This document shows, piece after piece, positions 7,901-11,220 of a stretch of DNA of 11,220 nt. Below the pieces are notes generated by a model, which searched no databases, was not told the origin of the DNA, and saw only the letters and a program-made list of their open reading frames with translations. Within the stretch, counting starts at the first letter, position 1; each line of letters opens with the position of its first letter. A program made the translations under genes and the position numbers. The DNA is taken from the NCBI GenBank assembly GCA_965644315.1, contig CBFFRQ010000098.1, forward strand, positions 1 through 11,220, given 5' to 3'. The DNA comes from Caecitellus pseudoparvulus. Lineage: Eukaryota > Protista > Bigyra: Bicosoecida.

Positions 7901-9048
7901 TCCCCCTTGCTTTGGCGGCTGTATGTGCCGCTGCTGCCGGCATGCTGCATCGCCGCTCCCGCGGCCAGCCATTCACTGTGACTGCTGAAGGCGTACATGA
8001 GGGTGAAGGTGCCATTCCCATGCTTCCTCTGCACGTGGGCCCAGACCACGTGAAACAAGCTCAGGCTGAGCTGAAGCAGGTTGCCAAGCTCTTCGAGGTA
8101 GTCTGGGCGCCCCCCAGCGAGAGTGGTGCCACATCTGTTGTACGCGGCGCTCCCACTCACGGCATCCTTGAGAAAGGATCTCCCTACACGTTGACTCGAT
8201 CCCGAGTCAAGGCCTCATGCAAGAACTTAGTCGGCATTCAGGGTCTGATGAATGGGCGGGATGCGGTTAACGGCGCGACGACAACAGGGGGAAACGAGAG
8301 CCTACACGCTGGGATGCGAGACATGGTGACGGCAAGGACTTCAACCCGCCTCGATGTGGCCAAGATGAACCTGACACTGTACTGGCTGGAGAGGAACCAA
8401 GCCACTGCTGCCAAGCTGCTGTCTAAGTACACCAACTCGCACAGTCGTGGGCGCGAGACCCGATGCAAGGTGGGCAAAGCAGCAGACACTTTGGATCTGC
8501 TGTCTGCGTTGTGCTCTGATGTCACTGACCTTGGTGATGGAGAGATCACTGCGGCGCTTCAACGCAACCCAGTTCCACCCGCCCCACCATCCTTCAAAGA
8601 AGTCGAGGCCTCTGATCTGCCCCTGTACCACAGGGCCACCTCGTCTGTCACCCCAGAGCTAGAACATGAGATTCGCCAGCTGTTCCTGGAGGAGCAGCTG
8701 GCACGCAAGGATGGGACCTGCCCCTACAGCGAGAAAACCTTGGTATCACGGATTGCCTCTGCAGCACACGCAACAGAAGGGCAGGTGAGGAAAATAGCCC
8801 AAAAGATGCAGGCGGAGGCAGCTGTCCATGATGAAGAGGTCAAGACGCAAAAGCGGAGTGGGGCCAAGACAGGCCACAAACGTGCAGGAGCCAAGGTCAG
8901 TCCAAAGGGTGGGACGGCCATGACAGAAGCAAAGGTCGGTGGGGTCAAGACGAAAGCACGTACTGGTGGAAAGAAGAGGTCCATGGGAACCAAACCCATG
9001 CGGAATGTGCCAAAACGGCCGCGGAGCACGAGCGCAGGCGCTTTCTGA
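4999..9048 (+). CDS. DDE transposase, predicted join(4999..5011,5091..5144,5225..9048), 1,296 aa
   Basis: The long ORF (5248..9048 in the track) carries RNase-H-like catalytic motifs: TISV-D-WTF (D 7021), VITV-D-NL (D 7450), FAV-DPWH-FASR (DxxH 7540-7551) and TTGGN-E-SLH (E 8296). It also has a Zn-binding-like CPK..C...RYTCQKH (6382-6513), an HTH-like C-terminal segment and a basic NLS-like tail. Two GT-AG introns join it in frame to ATG 4999 (MAAEEQDADTLAPQEAPQGHEEGHPGAQSPVEV...). The transposase call is firm; the 5' exon model is less certain. Confidence 0.85.
5012..5090 (+). other. Predicted intron 1 of transposase (79 nt)
   Basis: AAG|GTGCGT donor, CATAAC branch-like motif at 5051-5056, CCTTTCCGTACCACAG| acceptor; phase-1 join keeps the frame. 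Confidence 0.6.
5145..5224 (+). other. Predicted intron 2 of transposase (80 nt)
   Basis: AAG|GTGAGG donor and a long pyrimidine tract ending CTGTCCGCAG|. It removes the TGA at 5173-5175 that closes the transposase frame upstream and joins in phase. Confidence 0.72.
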
Positions 9049-9958
9049 CCAGCCAAGTTTCACGGGAGTTTCACCCCAGAGCCAGTCCAACAAAGACGGC
9101 CTCCAAACCCACAAAGAACGAAGCAGTTCTGAGCTTATTTTACGCCTCGAAATGTATGCCACCAAATAACGCTTCTTGCAGGATCATAGCCATCCCGTAC
9201 TCTACCGCACCCTCTGTGGGTCCACATGGAACTCGGCCAGGGAAGAGTGCCAGATGAAACGCCACGCCGGGCCGTTTGCCGAGTCTCCTGAGCACATGAG
9301 GCAAGCAAGAAGCCTACCATACCTTTGAATATTCTAATGCCTCGTATATTTTTCTATTAATACCCAGTTTTGATGAAAAGTTAGTGAAAATTGAGTGTCT
9401 GGAGGTGGATGAAGGGTAAGAGTTTGGAGTCACAGGAAGAGAAGGTAGTCACTAAGAGGACAACAGCTTCCACATCCATCTATCTCAGTCTACAAGACAA
9501 TTCAGCACAATTAATCAGGCTACAAAGCATCATCTCTACTTAAAGACGTAAGAACCTGACTCTTGTTGCCGCAACTGAGCTCCTGAGCGTGTACTAGGCG
9601 CCGGAGCCTCTGGGGCGGCTGGTCAAGTTCCGCATTCCGCAACGGTCGGTGCTGATTGGTGGTTTTCTCGAGAGATAGACGATCAGAAGATGCCTTAACG
9701 ACCAAGACACAAGATCCCGTGAATTCATGGACTTTCGGTTTGGTTTCACTCATGGGGAGCGCCTGGATGGTCCTGTGGGACAACGCAACAGTCGAGGACA
9801 AAGTTGCCCACCGAAACACGTCCCAGACTTGCCTCAATATCAAGCAAACGGCCCATGCAAGTGAGCACAATAGTGTCCCAATGCTGTTTAAATTCTTTGT
9901 ACTAGGCCCCAAACACAGCTACACACCCTAACACTCACTCCTTTGCCGTCAAGTGCCG

Positions 9959-9983
9959 TACCCAGTCTATAAACTTATTCTCG
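9959..9983 (-). repeat. Right terminal inverted repeat core (TACCCAGTCTATAAACTTATTCTCG on +)
   Basis: Exact reverse complement of 4536..4560. Confidence 0.95.
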
Positions 9984-9991
9984 TTCACACG

Positions 9992-10000
9992 TGCCCGATC
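9992..10000 (+). repeat. Target-site duplication, right copy (TGCCCGATC)
   Basis: Identical to 4519..4527. Confidence 0.9.
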
Positions 10001-11220
10001 CGAGACGATCCCGTCCAGGCGTTCATGCAGCCGCTGCTGTACCTTGCCGCAGCTGCGCTGGGAATCTTCCTGGTCACAGCCGCAATAGTATATGTAGTAA
10101 TTGTCATCTGCTTGCAGGGGGAGCTGGCAGAGGGCATGAAGGCTGCTGGCCGCCTCGTGCTGAGCATGGTTGGCACGCTGCAGATCGTGGCTCAGGTTGG
10201 AAAGGGCGTGCAACCTGGAATGCCGGGTATGTTGCTCCAGATGTACTCCATACTGGACCTCGTTCAGCTGGAAACCAGCGGTATCTCGCCTGCGGCCTGT
10301 CTTGCTGGAAGCGTATTCGCACAGGATGTCATCGTGTTTGGCTGTGTCATCTTCGTGTGTTGCGTCGTACTTGGTGCCCTTGCACTGGCGCGCATTTGCC
10401 CCAACAAGAACCTTCCTACCACCATCTCGAAGCGGAGCAAGCTGCCTCTTGGCGCCCTCTTGAAAGCAGGTATACTTCTGCTGGCGCTTGCGATTCCCCA
10501 GGTGGCCAACAGAGCCATCGCAATACTGTCCTGCGCTCCGCTTGAGACCACCATCTCAACAGGCCAGGGGCAGCTCATCGTGCACTCTGAGTGGCGCATG
10601 CTATCTCAGCCAAGCCAGCTGTGTTTCGATGGCGAACACAGCCTCGCCTTTGCACTGGCCTTGGTTGCTGTGACCCTGCACCTTGTAGCTTTCCCTACCG
10701 CACTTGCACGCCATGCCCGGCACGAGACGCAGCGGGTGATGGCTGAAGTAAAGGCCAGCATGGAAGCCAGTCGCTTCCACAAGAATCCCTTGTTGGGCGC
10801 CAAGGCAGGCCTGGCCCCAGCTCGCGGCCCCCAACAGGCAGAAGATGTGCGCCCTGCACCTCATGTGGCAAAAGCAGTGACGGAGCAAACTCGAAAGTTG
10901 AAAAAACACCGAGCACGAACCCTGGGGTGTATGCTTCGCACTCTGTGTTGCACTCAGCACATGAGACAACGCGGTGCAGCGCTTATTCGTGATGCCGAGC
11001 GAGGCCTGTCAAAGACCGAAACCGCTTGGGCGCTCACAAACCAGTCCCCTCGCATTCGGAGGACAGCTTCACTTGCGTACATGGCTGCTGGGGAGTATCA
11101 GGCCCGGTACTACTGTATGAGGTGTGTGGATTGGGCTCTACTGGTCACCTTAGCGCTGCTGATTCACGTTCAGCGTGTGAAAGGAGCAGAGCTGCCTGTT
11201 TGCATTGGAATCGTCGTCGT
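10001..11220 (+). CDS. 3' part (multi-pass membrane domain) of the interrupted lectin/mucin protein gene; runs off the window and is absent from the ORF track
   Basis: Hand translation of frame +2 shows no stop to 11220: RDDPVQAFMQPLLYLAAAALGIFLVTAAIVYVVIVICL...LVLSMVGTLQIVAQVG...VIVFGCVIFVCCVVLGALALARIC...LLKAGILLLALAIPQVANRAIAILSC...LCFDGEHSLAFALALVAVTLHLVAFP...EYQARYYCMRCVDWALLVTLALLIHV...LPVCIGIVV. This gives 6-7 hydrophobic segments and is in frame with 1..4527 after excision. Confidence 0.88.

Larger units (their letters stand above)
4528..9991 (+). mobile_element. Class II DNA transposon, probably autonomous, 5,464 bp, Mutator(MULE)/ISL3-like DDE group, 9-bp TSD
   Basis: Flanking direct repeat, 25-bp perfect inverted repeats near both ends, an intact DDE transposase ORF, and exact restoration of the host reading frame on in-silico excision. 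Confidence 0.93.

Noticed and set aside
6747-8021. 424-aa antisense ORF and other antisense ORFs within the transposase and lectin genes
   Set aside because: Shadow ORFs of GC-rich coding sequence with no recognisable motifs.
9590-9907. 10-bp direct repeat TGTACTAGGC at 9590 and 9898 as the TSD of a nested insertion
   Set aside because: No inverted ends or poly(A) between the copies, and one 10-mer repeat in ~900 bp is plausible by chance.
8300-9958. Fanzor/TnpB-like RNA-guided nuclease cargo with guide RNA at the right end
   Set aside because: No RuvC motifs or terminal CxxC..CxxC zinc finger in the transposase C-terminus, and no suitable ORF in the 3' region.
9935-10213. Minus-strand ORF ending ENKFIDWV, the same peptide as the end of the 1,501-aa ORF
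   Set aside because: The shared peptide is simply the translated inverted repeat; it is not a gene.
9991-10545. 184-aa and 97-aa + strand ORFs listed after the element
   Set aside because: Wrong frames; frame +2 from 10001 is the one open to the window end and carries the TM helices.

Overview
Eukaryotic (probably protist, GC-rich) genomic DNA. A very large, apparently intron-free cell-surface protein gene on the + strand is split in mid-exon by an intact 5,464-bp DNA transposon. The host gene is open from before base 1 to beyond base 11220 and encodes at least five C-type-lectin-like domains, a 54-bp tandem-repeat S/T/P mucin stalk, an IPT/TIG-like segment, a Cys-rich juxtamembrane module and a multi-pass membrane domain. 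The element spans 4528..9991, is flanked by a 9-bp target-site duplication (TGCCCGATC) and has perfect 25-bp inverted repeats set 8 bp in from each end. It encodes a ~1,296-aa DDE transposase of the C/D-x-x-H group (Mutator/ISL3-like but divergent), probably with two ~80-nt introns, preceded by a Cys/His-rich 83-aa ORF whose stop overlaps the proposed transposase start (TAATG). Removing the element and one TSD copy restores one continuous host reading frame, so the insertion looks recent. It lands just before the first transmembrane helix. All family assignments come from motif recognition by eye; no database searches were run.
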